A DNA stretch of 60,093 nt, filler included, from Sphacelaria rigidula (lineage: Eukaryota): the NCBI GenBank assembly GCA_964200075.2. It is 5 parts of 5 records of this genome, joined end to end, with 100 filler letters (N's around TTAATTAATTAA, not from the genome) between each part and the next. Parts side by side here need not be neighbours in the genome. Positions count along the whole stretch, not along the records: positions 36,120 to 48,056 come from CAXNAA020004313.1; positions 48,157 to 60,093 come from CAXNAA020004314.1; 3 more parts are not named here. One strand, written 5' to 3'. The position numbers and the translations under genes were made by a program. Each line of letters starts with the position of its first letter. Within the stretch, counting starts at the first letter, position 1. Shown here one piece after another: positions 37,342 to 49,075 of the stretch. A model generated the notes under the pieces. That model saw only the letters and a program-made list of their open reading frames with translations. It did not search any database and was not told the origin of the DNA.

Positions 37342-38922
37342 TATTAGATTCTCAATGATAGAGTGGGAACGAAGCACGTTTGAGGTTTTGAACGATGGAG
37401 TAGGAACTATGCTAGAGAAGAAAGAAAAAATCAGCGAGGGGTAAGCAGGTTTTAGACCGAAACGTAGCTGCGTCGACCATGTGTACATATTAGGTAAGAT
37501 TATTCAACGTTGGGAAGACGCCGGGCTAACAACGCAATGTCTCTTTCTCGACGTACGGAAGGCCTATGGCACAGTATGGAGAAATGGGCTGTGGAAGAAG
37601 ATGTGGGAAACTGGCATTAGATGACAGAATGTGCGAAAAGTGCTGTGATGCTAGACGGGTAAATATCGAAATATTTTGAACTTTTACAAGGAGTTGCGCA
37701 AGGATGTACGTCATCACCCACTTTATCCAAGGTATTTATTTATGGCCTGATAGTAGCGATAGAAGAAGCAGAGCAAGGAGTCAAGGTGAGGAAAGAGACG
37801 GTATCATGATTGATGTTCGCGGATGATTTCGTGGGGATATCAGAAACACCAGAAAGACTGGAGAAGCAAATAGAGAAGGCGCTGAGAATACACGAGAAAA
37901 TGGAGAGTGATAGCGAACGTAAACAACTGCGCGGTACTTGTATGTAACGAAGAAATGAAAAACCCGGTAGAGTTCAAGCGGAAGTGGTGAGAAGAGGAAT
38001 TTCCGATCGTAGACCAGTGTACATACCTTGGCGTAAAGATCTAAAGAACGTCGAGTAATACAGCAGTGAGAGCAGGACTGGAAATGCAGTCACTTGAAAC
38101 AAATATAGACATGAAAAACATGAAATGGTAATATAGCGTAAAGAACATGCAGAAAAATAGATTGCCAGCCATAGTTGATAGCGTTGTATGACAGAAAATG
38201 ACGAACCGGAAATCTGGAATAAGGTGAGATATCGTAGTCGAGAAAGTATGGAAGGACATACGAGGAAACCAAGATGAGAGAATGTCCATAGGTGAATGCG
38301 GGAGGTACAAAACAAAAGCAAGAGACATGATAGAAGTAATCGTAAGAGGAAAAATAAGTCTCAGACGGGAAGGACACGAGGGAGAGCACCTGAAAATATA
38401 CGGCGAGTTGAGAGAAGGGATAGGAATGAAAACATATCTGCATGGCCCAATGGGCTCCGCGAAAAAAACCCTGCGATTTCGGGTGGGGGACCTGGACCTG
38501 CCAGAACGAAGGAAGATATATACCAGTTGTCGGGTGGCGGAGGAATTACATGCACAGAATTACCCATGTGCCAAAGCAATAGAGAGTAGAAGTCATGAAG
38601 TGGCAGAATGCGGACCATAAAAGGAGGAACGGGGCGTGCTAGAGAGAGAAACATGGAAAGTAAACAAATTTGGTATGAAATCGTTTGACGCGTTAGACAG
38701 TAGGGAGAAAGCGATGGCTATACTAGGAGATGGATGGCGGCCACAGACAGCGAAACAAGAACGGAATAAGATGTGTAAAACGTTTTGCTGTAGTGTATGG
38801 AAGAAACGTAATGACCACTCAAATGTTGGGGATATCTTGCTCAGGAGTAGGAACGGTGCTCCGTCTCGAAAGGGGTGCGTGGTCGATGCATGAACAACTA
38901 AGGCAAGTAACAAATGAGTACG
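37342..38922 (+). mobile_element. 5'-truncated, decayed non-LTR retrotransposon (LINE): reverse transcriptase, C-terminal Zn-knuckle remnant, 3' tail
   Basis: RT motifs across frameshifts: AGFRPKRSCVDHVY, AYGTVWRNGLW, QGVAQGCTSSPTL, MFADDFVG (FADD at 37816-37827), YTYLGV. YPCAKAIESRSHEVAEC is CCHC-like. Tail ends ATGAGTACG plus a C-tract. Confidence 0.9.
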
Positions 38923-38949
38923 CTCCCCACCCCTCCCCCCGAAATATTA

Positions 38950-39509
38950 ACCTGGTCCGGCGAAAACCCGGCGTGCTCCTTCCCGGCTTTATGGGGACGG
39001 ACCCCCTATGGGGTTGGCGTCGGCTGGCAACGACGCTATAATCAAGCCATTCACTGGGTAAGCTAGGCAACCAAGTTACCGTTTTTTTTGCGCGCTAGCG
39101 TTTTTTTGCGGAAACCATGATTGTGGTGGAGCTGGATCATATTGTGCGGGGTGGGAGAACCTCGATTCCGCACAAAGGGGATGATCATACCATGTAGTAT
39201 TCACATGCCGAGACACCCATGAGGCCGTGTCTAAACCGTTGCTGTCTCTGGAAGTGGCGATGCCAGAAAATAAAGCAACTGATTGGAGGCTGTCATCTCA
39301 ATGCAAGATAATCAGTACGCTTCGGACCGAACAATCTCGGCAGGACTCAGCTGACCCTTAATGCGACTCGCGGAACACGCCACGGCACTTCGCGCTTGGT
39401 GATTGATTGCGAGCCTGATCCAGCGACAACCCAGCGTGCTCCGTCTCGCATTTGTAGGGATGCGGGGTCACTGGTCATATGACCACGGCATGCAAGACCA
39501 TGAGGACAC
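38950..39509 (+). mobile_element. ~570-bp non-autonomous retroposon, full-length copy directly behind the LINE tail
   Basis: Collinear with 34885-35452 and followed by a C17 run. Confidence 0.8.
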
Positions 39510-39889
39510 CCCCCCCCCCCCCCCCTTCCTCCCCTCAAGCACGCACGGGGGATACCATCCGACGTTTTAGTCAGTAGTGTACGAAAAACAATGTTCCCGG
39601 AGATGACCGAGGTATCGCTACAACTACTATGCGCTACCCTGGTGATTTACGATAGCACATTATCCCTCCGATCCCGGGGAGGAAATGATTTCATCCCCTG
39701 CCCGAAAACGCGTAGGGGGGGCTGTTATCTACCGTTTTGTCCCGTAGCATACAAACGACGCTGCCTGTCGGAACCGTAAAAATATTACTAGAATGCTAAT
39801 ACCCTACCCTATCAACATCAAGGCACCACAGTGAATCCGAACCAACGTACGCGAGGTTTCAAAAGATACGGAGAGAGACTCTGGGTTTC

Positions 39890-40900
39890 AACTTCACCTG
39901 ATCCTCAGAAAGCGGTCGCGTCGCATGGCCGTGTAAGCCCGGAGTTTGTCAATGCTGTCCGATCGGTTGACCGCCTTTCTCCACTTTCGTTGGACGGACG
40001 GTGGGATGAACACCCACTCTCCCGACTTCTCCAACAGGTACCGATGCTTGTGAAAGTCGTGGTACATTTGTCCCTGATCACCGTACATACCGCATTTGAT
40101 CGGAAACGAACCACCGCGTGTGAACGGAAATCTTCCTGTGGCCGACTCGCTGACAGTGCATTCGGTAATACCGACCGCGGTTGGATGACAGAAGGCGGCG
40201 CCGTATCCTCATCACAGAACCTAGTCACCTCCTGTTTATGAATCTGACAGCCTTTCGATACACGCGATTTTCCACTATTCTTGTGGTGTAGCGACAAACA
40301 CCGATCGAGACGGGAGACACATCCGCAATTTATTTATCACACCTGCGTGACCTGTCAATTGTTATGGGCCCATGCATGCACATGGGGCATACACACCCGA
40401 TGATACTCTAGACAGCACACGAGAGTGCGTGCGAAGCAATACCTCCGTGACGGACATAAGTCGTTCCAAAGCGCGGTCGTGTAAACCCATCTCCACCATC
40501 TTGCGTAGATGCAAAGCCTCATCCAGCTCCTCTTCGAACTCTTCCCGCGCGTCCAGACGCTCTTGCGCATAGTCGGCCTGGCCATAGGCAACGCGCGCGA
40601 TAACGTGCAACGGCGTCTTTTGAAAAGGAAAGAAACCACACTTCATATGGTTTGTTCATTCTCTCCTACAGCTAGGACGTGGTGTAGCATCGCGTCGTGC
40701 CTGGCGAAAGTACACGGATTCGCCGGAGCATAATTTCCTCACACCGATAATGAGGCCACACGGGGCGATTTCGCGAGTTTCTACTCGATGGTTTGTGTAG
40801 GCGTAGATGGACGTGAGAAGGACGTAGGTGCTTGACAGGAGTGATCCGGAAGGAAGGTTTTAGCCAATCGGCGAACAGGAGCATGTTTGCCATGGTGAAC
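39890..40900 (-). pseudogene. Degenerate multi-exon coding remnant of unknown family
   Basis: Protein-like segments TPLHVIARVAYGQADYAQERLDAREEFEEELDEALHLRKMVEMGL... and MYGDQGQMYHDFHKHRYLLEKSGEWVFIPP..., with plausible splice sites but also frameshifts and stops. Confidence 0.3.
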
Positions 40901-42672
40901 GGAGGCGGGTCGACATTTTTTCGCCCTCCGTATACGATTCAGCTGTGAGACCTGTCGGGCGCAGTAGCATTGAGGGGATGAATACTCCCATCAAACCTTT
41001 GCTACATCCGACAGAAAGTGGCGAGGGCGACGAGCTCACCGCTGCGGGTCGGTACGCGTTGCTCGTGTGTGTACCAACCTGTGCTTGTCCTGCTCAATTG
41101 TCTGCCGGGGATGGGGGGTGAATTTCCGCAAATCTCAGGCACATAATCAGAATGCCACCCGATCGTTCCTGCACGATTCGCTCCTACATCACGCACACAC
41201 CCCAGCAACAGTTGTTATCCTGAGAAGGGAAAGCGCTGCTGGTAGTGGCTTATGCACGGATACGTCCAACGGCGGTATATATATATATATATATATACGT
41301 AGCAGGGATCTTTTTATATAAGCGTTGTCTCTACACCAACAACATTCCGGACGCCCCGCCCTACAAGGCTGTCCATATATCGCCCAACTAGGGACCAGGG
41401 TCTTCAGTGGATTCGTGTGCGACAACCAATCGATCGATTGACGACCTTACTGCCGACTGCCAGCCTGTAAAGCTCAATTGTGCTCGATTAGTAAAGCCCG
41501 TGATAGTAACAAGACTAATACTTCTAGAAACACGCATAATGTAATATCATTCGGTTATCGTTTATACGGGATCAGGATTGTCAGGTTATGTGCGAGTTGT
41601 CTAGTCAGTTTTGGTGAGAATCGTTCAACTCGTTAAATTTTGATGGTAATGCTCACGCAGTTTTGTGCTGTCTATATAGTATTGCTCTGCCCTGACTATA
41701 TTGCATAGATGAAGTCAACCTACATGCTACCTATTACTACGGACATCGTAAATGCTATGTGTTGCAAAACTATACATACTCTCCATGCCTCCATCGCACA
41801 GTCACGTGTATTGAAATTGTAGCCCCGACAGTATCTACTTGCACCTCAAAAGAACACAAGCTTGATTATTGCGAGCATTAAAACCTGTGACCACGGAGGG
41901 CGTCCGCATCAAATACCCAGTACGAATGTACCGCGCAGATACCGGAACGGTTGTTCATGTGAAGACGACAACAACAACAACAACGAAATGTTATAACTGA
42001 GTCAACTTTTCACGCTAAGAACCGGGTGGATAATGGTTGCAGGTTACGGACAATTCTGTTTCTGTTTACCAGACCGATAAACCTTTGGGCGATAGACCTT
42101 TTTTCAGAACAATATCGATGGCTCCAGTCCGAAACCGGTAACCCCGATGCTGTCGGTGACAAGCCTCATTCTGTTTGCGAGCACACCACCTTTTATGAGA
42201 ACAGGATGTGCATATTCTGTGTCAAACCCCCGACTCATTCATTGTGTTGTTTACCCGAAGCAGCTACGAGGGATTCCGGATGTTTTCAAACGGTCCACCC
42301 AGGATGCATCGGCCGCATTTGGCACGCAAGGGATCAAGGGTGTGTCGTAATTGCTCTGACTGTTTGTCGTCATTACTTCGACACATGCGAAGACATTCAG
42401 AGGATTCCGACCTCCCCGGGGCGCCATTTCAATACGCTAGGTAGCATCGCACCTTTTCGCAAGCCTACAATGTATACACCTGTAGGTCACAGGACAAGCA
42501 GCAGGGACAGCTCGTCCGAACTATCAGGCATCACGGACGAACAAGTTTCAAACGAGAGGATTCCAAAGCAACCATGACCACAAGCAAGAGCGCATCATAA
42601 TACGTTTATGTTACGTCTCTCCCGGCTGGTTCAGGGTGAACGACCGGAATTTTCTCCCCAGCGAACCTCCGC

Positions 42673-42902
42673 GCCGTTTTTTCGAGTTAGACCCTGAGAT
42701 TTAGCACGCGGATGCTCTGAGATATTTGGAAAGGCTGTATGAATGAGGTCCTTTGATTTTTTTTCGTCGAAATACCGCCTCCTGCGACCCCGGATATCTG
42801 GCGGAAAACATGAATCGAGAGACCCCCTTCATACATACAGCCTTGCTAATTATCTCAGAGCACCTGTGTCCAAACTTTCAGGGTCTGACTGAAAAAGACG
42901 GC
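42673..42902. mobile_element. Palindromic MITE-like hairpin
   Basis: GCCGTTTTTTC.AGTTAGACCCTGA...GCTCTGAGATA...AGGCTGTATG is mirrored at 42834-42902. Confidence 0.65.
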
Positions 42903-43589
42903 ATTATCCGTATGTGAGTTGAAGTATACAAGTGTACGCGGAATCCCCCTAATCACTATAGTTGATCATAGTATGCCACCGACGTTTTCCCTGTGCGCTT
43001 GAGCTTAAATCGACCGTTTGGGATCAACTTTTCGAGTTACGCAACGAACATTTGTATAACATTCCTTAGATTACCTCGGGACGAGTCAAACTTGAATACT
43101 TCGTTTTGAAACAATTTGTTTCGGCTGCTGGGGGTCTTGACGCTGGGATCCGCGGATGCCGGTATAGAGCGGATAAAATTTGAACATTTATTCAACGATT
43201 TTCTCCTATTCGTAGCGCCTCGATCTACCAAACTGCCAGATCGGAGCTTTTCTACGAAAGTTATAAGGAAAGACGTCCAAAGATTCGCTGAGTCTACGAT
43301 GCAAATTATCAATAAAAATCCGACGACGCTAAAACCCTGCATAACCGAAATACCACGTTTTGGGGTATAACTCGATCCCACCCAAACATTTTTCAAAATT
43401 ATTTCCTATTGGGCTCCCTAGCTGATGGCTTTGACTTATGTTTATTCGTGATGAAATTGGGTACAAATTAAGTAGGGAATTCTCATTTTAAATGTCAGAA
43501 CAGTTTGAAGGTCCCTGGTTGGTCGAAACACATTTTTACTGCCCGCGCCTCGGCAAAGGACGTCACTTTCCACGATACCCCCCCCCCCC

Positions 43590-43896
43590 GTTGGTGACGC
43601 ACCCATGAGGCAGTGTAAAAGCCGTGGCTGCCTCTGGAAGTGGCGATACCAGCAAATGAAGCAACTCATTGTAGGCTGTCATCCGAATGCGAGATAATCA
43701 GTACACTTCGGGCCGGACAATCTCAGCAGAATGCAGCTCACCCCTTTATGCGACTCGCCAAACACATCACGGCGCTTCGCGCTTGGTGATTGATTGCGCG
43801 CCTGGCCCGGCGAAAAACCGACGTGCTCCGTCCCGGCTTCGTAGGAATGCTAGGTCAATTGTCATACGACTACGGCATGCAAGATCATGAGTACAC
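43590..43896 (+). mobile_element. 5'-truncated copy of the ~570-bp retroposon
   Basis: Matches the 3' half of 38950-39509, with C12 upstream (43578-43589) and CCCTCCCCCCTCCTCC downstream. Confidence 0.8.
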
Positions 43897-44063
43897 CCTC
43901 CCCCCTCCTCCCGGCCCCGTCACTTGCCATATCATTCATAACCTAATCGTCACTCCAGTCAATTATGCCCTCGCAACGCACCAAGTTAGCGGAACACGAA
44001 CAATCGTAGCGTGGCGCAACAGCGATGAACACAGTGTCGAGCGCAAGTGACAGTTATCCTCAC

Positions 44064-44190
44064 CAGAAATGAGCCCCGGCGTTCCGTCTGACCGGCGCCC
44101 CCCAGATCCCTTGAGCCAACACACTCTTGCGTCTTTTTGCAGTGTCCACTTCAAACACAGTCCGTCAATCTCGCACAGTCGGCGACATTC
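44064..44190 (-). CDS. PAN/Apple-domain protein, exon (second half of the PAN domain)
   Basis: ctgcAG acceptor and GTGAGG donor. ECRRLCEIDGLCLKWTLQKDARVCWLKG...GLISG fits the C-x3-C...C...CWLK...ISG pattern of PAN/Apple modules. Confidence 0.8.
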
Positions 44191-44582
44191 CTGCAGAGAA
44201 CGGTCAAGAGAGACACAAAAGGATGAAGGGATAGATGGAGACAGACAGAGAGTGACAATAAACGGGTCGAATGAGCCATGTACCGCATACTCGAACAAGA
44301 TGAGCAGCACAAAGATGAGATGGTCATGTAAACGCAGCACATTATATCGAATCTTTACTCCCCCGTGCATGCCTTTCAAAAACAGACGAGAACATCAATT
44401 GCCGTTTAATCCTGTTGATGCATGCGTGCACAACACCTGGCGGCTTGATATTGGTCGGTAGTCACGAATCACAGGATTCCAAGCTAGAAACAAGGACAAC
44501 TGCGATGATTGAAGAAACAAGGAGCGGGGCGGCAAAACAAACATAGGTGAAAGCTCAGTCACGTCAAGCCGGCGATACACAC

Positions 44583-44840
44583 CTCAGCGTTGTCAGCGGT
44601 AAGACCGCCGGCATCAGCCAGATCGCCTCCCTTGAAATCCACCTCCACGAGGAGACTTCCAGCCACGTTTTCGTCTCTGGCTGTTTCGCCTCGGCGTGAT
44701 GCTGCCACTTGGTCTTGTCGATCATGGCCCTGAGTCGGGGGGCACATTCGAACGTCCATATGAGACTTCGAAAAGTCGGCACTAGATACTGGCGTAAGAA
44801 TCCTGTACTTCCCGAATATGTGTTGCGGCTTTCGTTCCAC
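44583..44840 (-). CDS. PAN/Apple-domain protein, exon (stem and start of the PAN domain)
   Basis: cgcAG acceptor and GTGTGT donor, 258 nt, phase 0/0. Ends VEVDFKGGDLADAGGLTADNAE (D-F-x-G-x-D-L PAN start). Confidence 0.78.
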
Positions 44841-45150
44841 CTGCGAAGCATGTAGCTACAGGAGTGTACACTGTATTCACTACCACGAGAGGCAACCGGT
44901 TATCAAGTTTGGAGGGCTGGACGAGTGGGTGGACGAGAGAAGGGGCGCACAATAGACCCTTTCGATGTGTAACATCCGGTTCGGTGTGTATGTCGGTTCG
45001 TCTCTATATATCTCTGATTGCACGTCTCATCCGCACTGTACGAGTAGCTCTCTGTCACCCTCTGCCGCTCTATACTTGGCTCTCTTGTCTCATGCGCATC
45101 CCTCTCTCCCTCGCTGCCCCTGTCCTTCCCTACCTCCCTCATCTTCTTAC

Positions 45151-45420
45151 CCAAAGGTCGGGTACTTTGCGCTCCTCGTCACCCCGCGATAATCTATGCT
45201 CTTTTGTCCCCTCTTCACCCCCGCTAATCTCTCCATGCGCCACAGCATCCTCCTCAGCAAACGGAGGCATGGCCCGTCCCCCTGCCCTCGTTTTGAGGGG
45301 AGGCGGGGGTCCCACGACCGTAGGCAGCCAGGCCTCACGACTGGGGTCACTCGCCTGGAACCTGGAGCGGCTCGAAGCGGCACCGGCGCCGGGTGGGTCA
45401 TCACGTACGACCAGTATCGC
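45151..45420 (-). CDS. PAN/Apple-domain protein, exon (Pro/Gly-rich stem)
   Basis: aacAG acceptor and GTAAGA donor, 270 nt open, phase 0/0: AILVVRDDPPGAG...DEERKVPDLW. Confidence 0.7.
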
Positions 45421-45910
45421 CTGTTGTGGCAGTTACACGGGTATATGATAAATACAGGCTTACAGGTAGGTCAAGGCTCGGGTGTCGCTTGCTTCTCTAC
45501 TGGCAAGGAGCAAACAGTGACACGATCAAGAGAAACACGGACGGAGGTGTCGCCCACATACCGCAGTACGAGAGATTTCACGCAAAATATATTATCCACG
45601 CCAATACCACGCAGCTCCCTCACCGAACCGTTTGGTGACGGAGTGGGAAAGAAGACTGGGCTGCTGAGTGTCACCGCGTACGTTCGGTTTTCGTTTTATA
45701 GGGTCAGGAAGTCGCATAGGTGCGAAGAAAATAGGTTGGTTGCTTATTGTCAGGCGTGTGGCGCCGAACACACGCGCAAACCACGGTACACCATGACACC
45801 GTTACCCAGGTGGCGTACGCGGTGGCGCCCCGCGGTAAACGACAGCTATGAGTATAGTTTTGAACATATGGTACAATCGTAATACAACGACAGTCAGTCG
45901 ATCACTTCAC

Positions 45911-46016
45911 CGTCTTCGTCCATAGGTAAAGCAGCGTCAACGTCCCTCCAGTGACGAAGCAGCAGAGGAGGGATCTCCATCCAGCGCGGCGCTTTCTGCG
46001 CCGTGCCCCGATCGTT
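45911..46016 (-). CDS. PAN/Apple-domain protein, probable signal-anchor exon
   Basis: Acceptor tgttgttgtggcAG. Frame TIGARRRKRRAGWRSLLCCFVTGGTLTLLYLWTKT, with a weaker phase-0 donor GTGAAG joining to AILVV. Confidence 0.5.
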
Positions 46017-48056
46017 CTGCCACAACAACAGCAACGGTACCGACAGCGTGAAACCAAAATGCGGATTGTAGTCAGCAGACGGCCTTCGAAGCCCTCTTTG
46101 TCCGTACTCTAGCGTCACTTCTCCCAGCGCAACTGCGAATCAAGAAACAGTAATGCCCTCAAGGACCTTTCTTCAAGGCAGCAATGGGTGTCACAAAAGT
46201 ATGCCTCCACATGTTTCACAGGGACAAGAAAGATAACCCTTCAGTTTTCAAACGTGCAAACGGTATCCAGGCGGGAAATCTTGTTTTTCGGCCGTGGAGC
46301 TGCGTGCCTGAACGAAACAGTGATGCACGACGAAAACATTAGCTTATCGTGAACACTCGTCGGCTACCGAACCACAACCGCACTTCGAGCAAAATGTACC
46401 CCTTCGCAGCTTCTAATGCCCTGGAAGGTAAACCTTGTTGGGGCTGGATGTCGAGTGCTGGTTCAAGACATCAGAGCTTATTAATGCTTCACACTACGGG
46501 ACAGTCGGCACGTCGGAACAAAGAAAATGAGTACCAAGTATTGTTTTAAAAAGCAAGCAAAAATGACGAGAAAATGAACGTTCTCGGTGCTGAGCGCTTC
46601 TTTATGATACACATTCATTGATGGTCGATGCTTCCGCTTTTTTTTTTTTCCCTTGAACATTTCCGCCAAAATGGGGAAATGATGGTCCGCTTGGCGCACT
46701 CGTGGGAGAGCTGGGAATGGCGCACATGCTTGATCGTGTCGTCGACTCTTGTTCATGCACGCCAGTACAACCCACATCCGTGATAGGCCCAACCAGTGCT
46801 ACACCCCTAGACAGTACTATACTCATAACACTCTTCAAGCGCATAATTATCATCAGCATCCACCACAAGCATGACACACTGTACGGTAGAAATAAGCAGA
46901 ACCCAAAACTGGATTTGTACTATAAATGGCGTTGGTTTTTCCGAAAAAATGACAATTAAAAAAACAAGCTTTTCGTTTCATCTCGGGCACGTCTAAAACG
47001 TGAGCACGGCTGGATCTTACACCCCTGGGGGATCCATAAAGGTGCGACAATCAATCAACCAATCAATCAACCGTTCTGCTCAGATGTATGTTGCACATAT
47101 AGTGAACATCCCCTCCGTCTATATACGGACGATGCGAATGGCGACGCAGCCAACCACAACTTGTGCGCGCACTACGGTCACGATCACACGTGGCCTGGAA
47201 CTCGCCGCCGGAGCCCAAGACCACTTCCAACAAGCGGGTATTGATGCACGAACCACATGACTTGCGACAAAAGCGACGTTTGGTATAACAAAATACGTCG
47301 AGCGTGAACATACCAAAGATTGGCCGCCTACTGAGTTCGCTGACGGAATGCACAAGTCGGGCCAACAATCACAGCCTTTCGTGGATCATTCAAGGTGTCA
47401 CAAGAGACCGCGGCGTGTGTAAGAGAGCATCCTTGACGCGCCACGCTAATTCGGAGGGTGGGATGCTTGCTTGTACGGTCATTGCTGCCATGCATCTATC
47501 ACGCACAGCGAGCACTCGCGGTGACAACATATTTTATTATCACCGGGTGCCAACGACCGAACCCGGGGTATCCAGCGAAGGGGGGCGCGGGGGGCGTGAC
47601 GTCATGTGGCGACTTTCGTGGGACTAGCATAAAATCATGTCGCTAACGTTTTGGTGGACAGCAGACGAGGCGTGTGAGAGGAAGCTACAGGCGCGCAGAG
47701 GGGTGATGGAAAACAAGATATAATGGATTTTCTATTGAGATCGCTGTGATAACGCAAGTAATCAAAACATTCGGCAAAACGTGTGCTTTCCCGACTTGAT
47801 CCAACGTCAAGCACGTATTTCTCAATGAGTCAACTTTATTGTGGCATCAAACGCTCGTGCACGAGTTGCTGCATGTAGCCCAGCAAAGCGCGCATGATTT
47901 GTTTGTACGCCCGAAGGGAATTCCATGCGTAAATTTCGTGTGTTTGCGTTGTTGAGAGAAGTGTGCGCATACCCATTTCAAGTAATATTATTATTATTAT
48001 TATTATATCCATCACATTAGCTCGATCTCTCGAACCCGTGGTCACAGAGTGCAAGG

Positions 48057-48156
48057 NNNNNNNNNNNNNNNNNNNNNNNNNNNNNNNNNNNNNNNNNNNN
48101 TTAATTAATTAANNNNNNNNNNNNNNNNNNNNNNNNNNNNNNNNNNNNNNNNNNNN
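48057..48156. other. Artificial 100-bp contig linker
   Basis: N run with TTAATTAATTAA. Confidence 0.97.
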
Positions 48157-48915
48157 ATCATGAGTACACCCCTCCCCCCGCCCCCTTCCCCGCGCGCCCT
48201 CCGCAGGATCCCCTCCCCAAGGGTCCTGAAGGATACCCTTTTGCATGAGCCTGAAAAGTAGCTGATGTGTAAATTCCCCCTCTTCTAGGAGGAATTTCTA
48301 AAAACACACGCTGTCTGTGTTTTGGATACTTGCTCTGATCATGCCAAGAATTACAATTTTTCGTGGGTGCGTTTTTTTTTCAGTTCATTTTTCTCATGGC
48401 CTTGTTCTCGACTTGCTACGTCGTGCTACTGCGACTTGTGACGGGAAGGCGTGACCACCATGGGGAGCGCGCTGAATCGGGTGCCGCTTCGGAGTGTTTT
48501 TTCTCGTACTCATGCACAACCTCGTGTGTGTATGTGTTTTGATTTTTATTTATTTATATTTCTGGTACGATGACATTTTTTTTTTCTCCTTCTGTTTCCG
48601 GCTTCTATTTTTCAATTCGCCACTTTTTTTCATCTCGTGATTCTTGTTACTGTCATGGCTACAGCCCTGTAGCAGCACTCGCTTCTCCGTCATCCTCTAG
48701 GTGAACCTAGAAGTCGAATAAAAAAATGAATCCCTTTTCTTTTTTCTCGTTTTTGCGTATACTGCTGTGTTTTTATTATCTTTCCCTCATCTTCGTCTCA
48801 CCCTTTTCTCACTCTGTTCTTGCAGCAAGTGCAAGTTTTGAGTCAATTGTTTCGCTCCTTGCATCTTGATTATCGTTTCTTTTTTTGGTCTCATGTTTTT
48901 CTTTTTCGTGGGCAG

Positions 48916-49075
48916 GCTATTTTACTGCGACTTATCTGGATTCGACGGTGAGGATGTTTCTTCCATGGGCAACGTGGTGAAGCTCGTCGACAACTTCGAC
49001 TCTCTCTACGCTTATATCACCAACGAAGGCCGAACCTTTTGGTTCCGGACGAACATGCAGGCCTCAAAGTACAAG
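48916..49075 (+). CDS. PREP: Prolyl oligopeptidase (peptidase S9A), beta-propeller exon A
   Basis: RLFYCDL...VVKLVDNFDSLYAYITNEGRTFWFRTNMQASKYK matches the PREP segment RLWYCDL...[26 protein letters not shown]. gcAG acceptor, GC donor. Confidence 0.9.

Noticed and set aside
42026..42577. 183-aa Cys-rich ORF
   Set aside because: GTG start, no recognisable motif spacing and no phase-compatible link to the PAN gene.
45894..46118. ORF ending ...PMDEDGEVID* as the last exon of a separate gene
   Set aside because: An alternative frame gives a signal-anchor exon in phase with the PAN gene. This reading is less parsimonious but not excluded.
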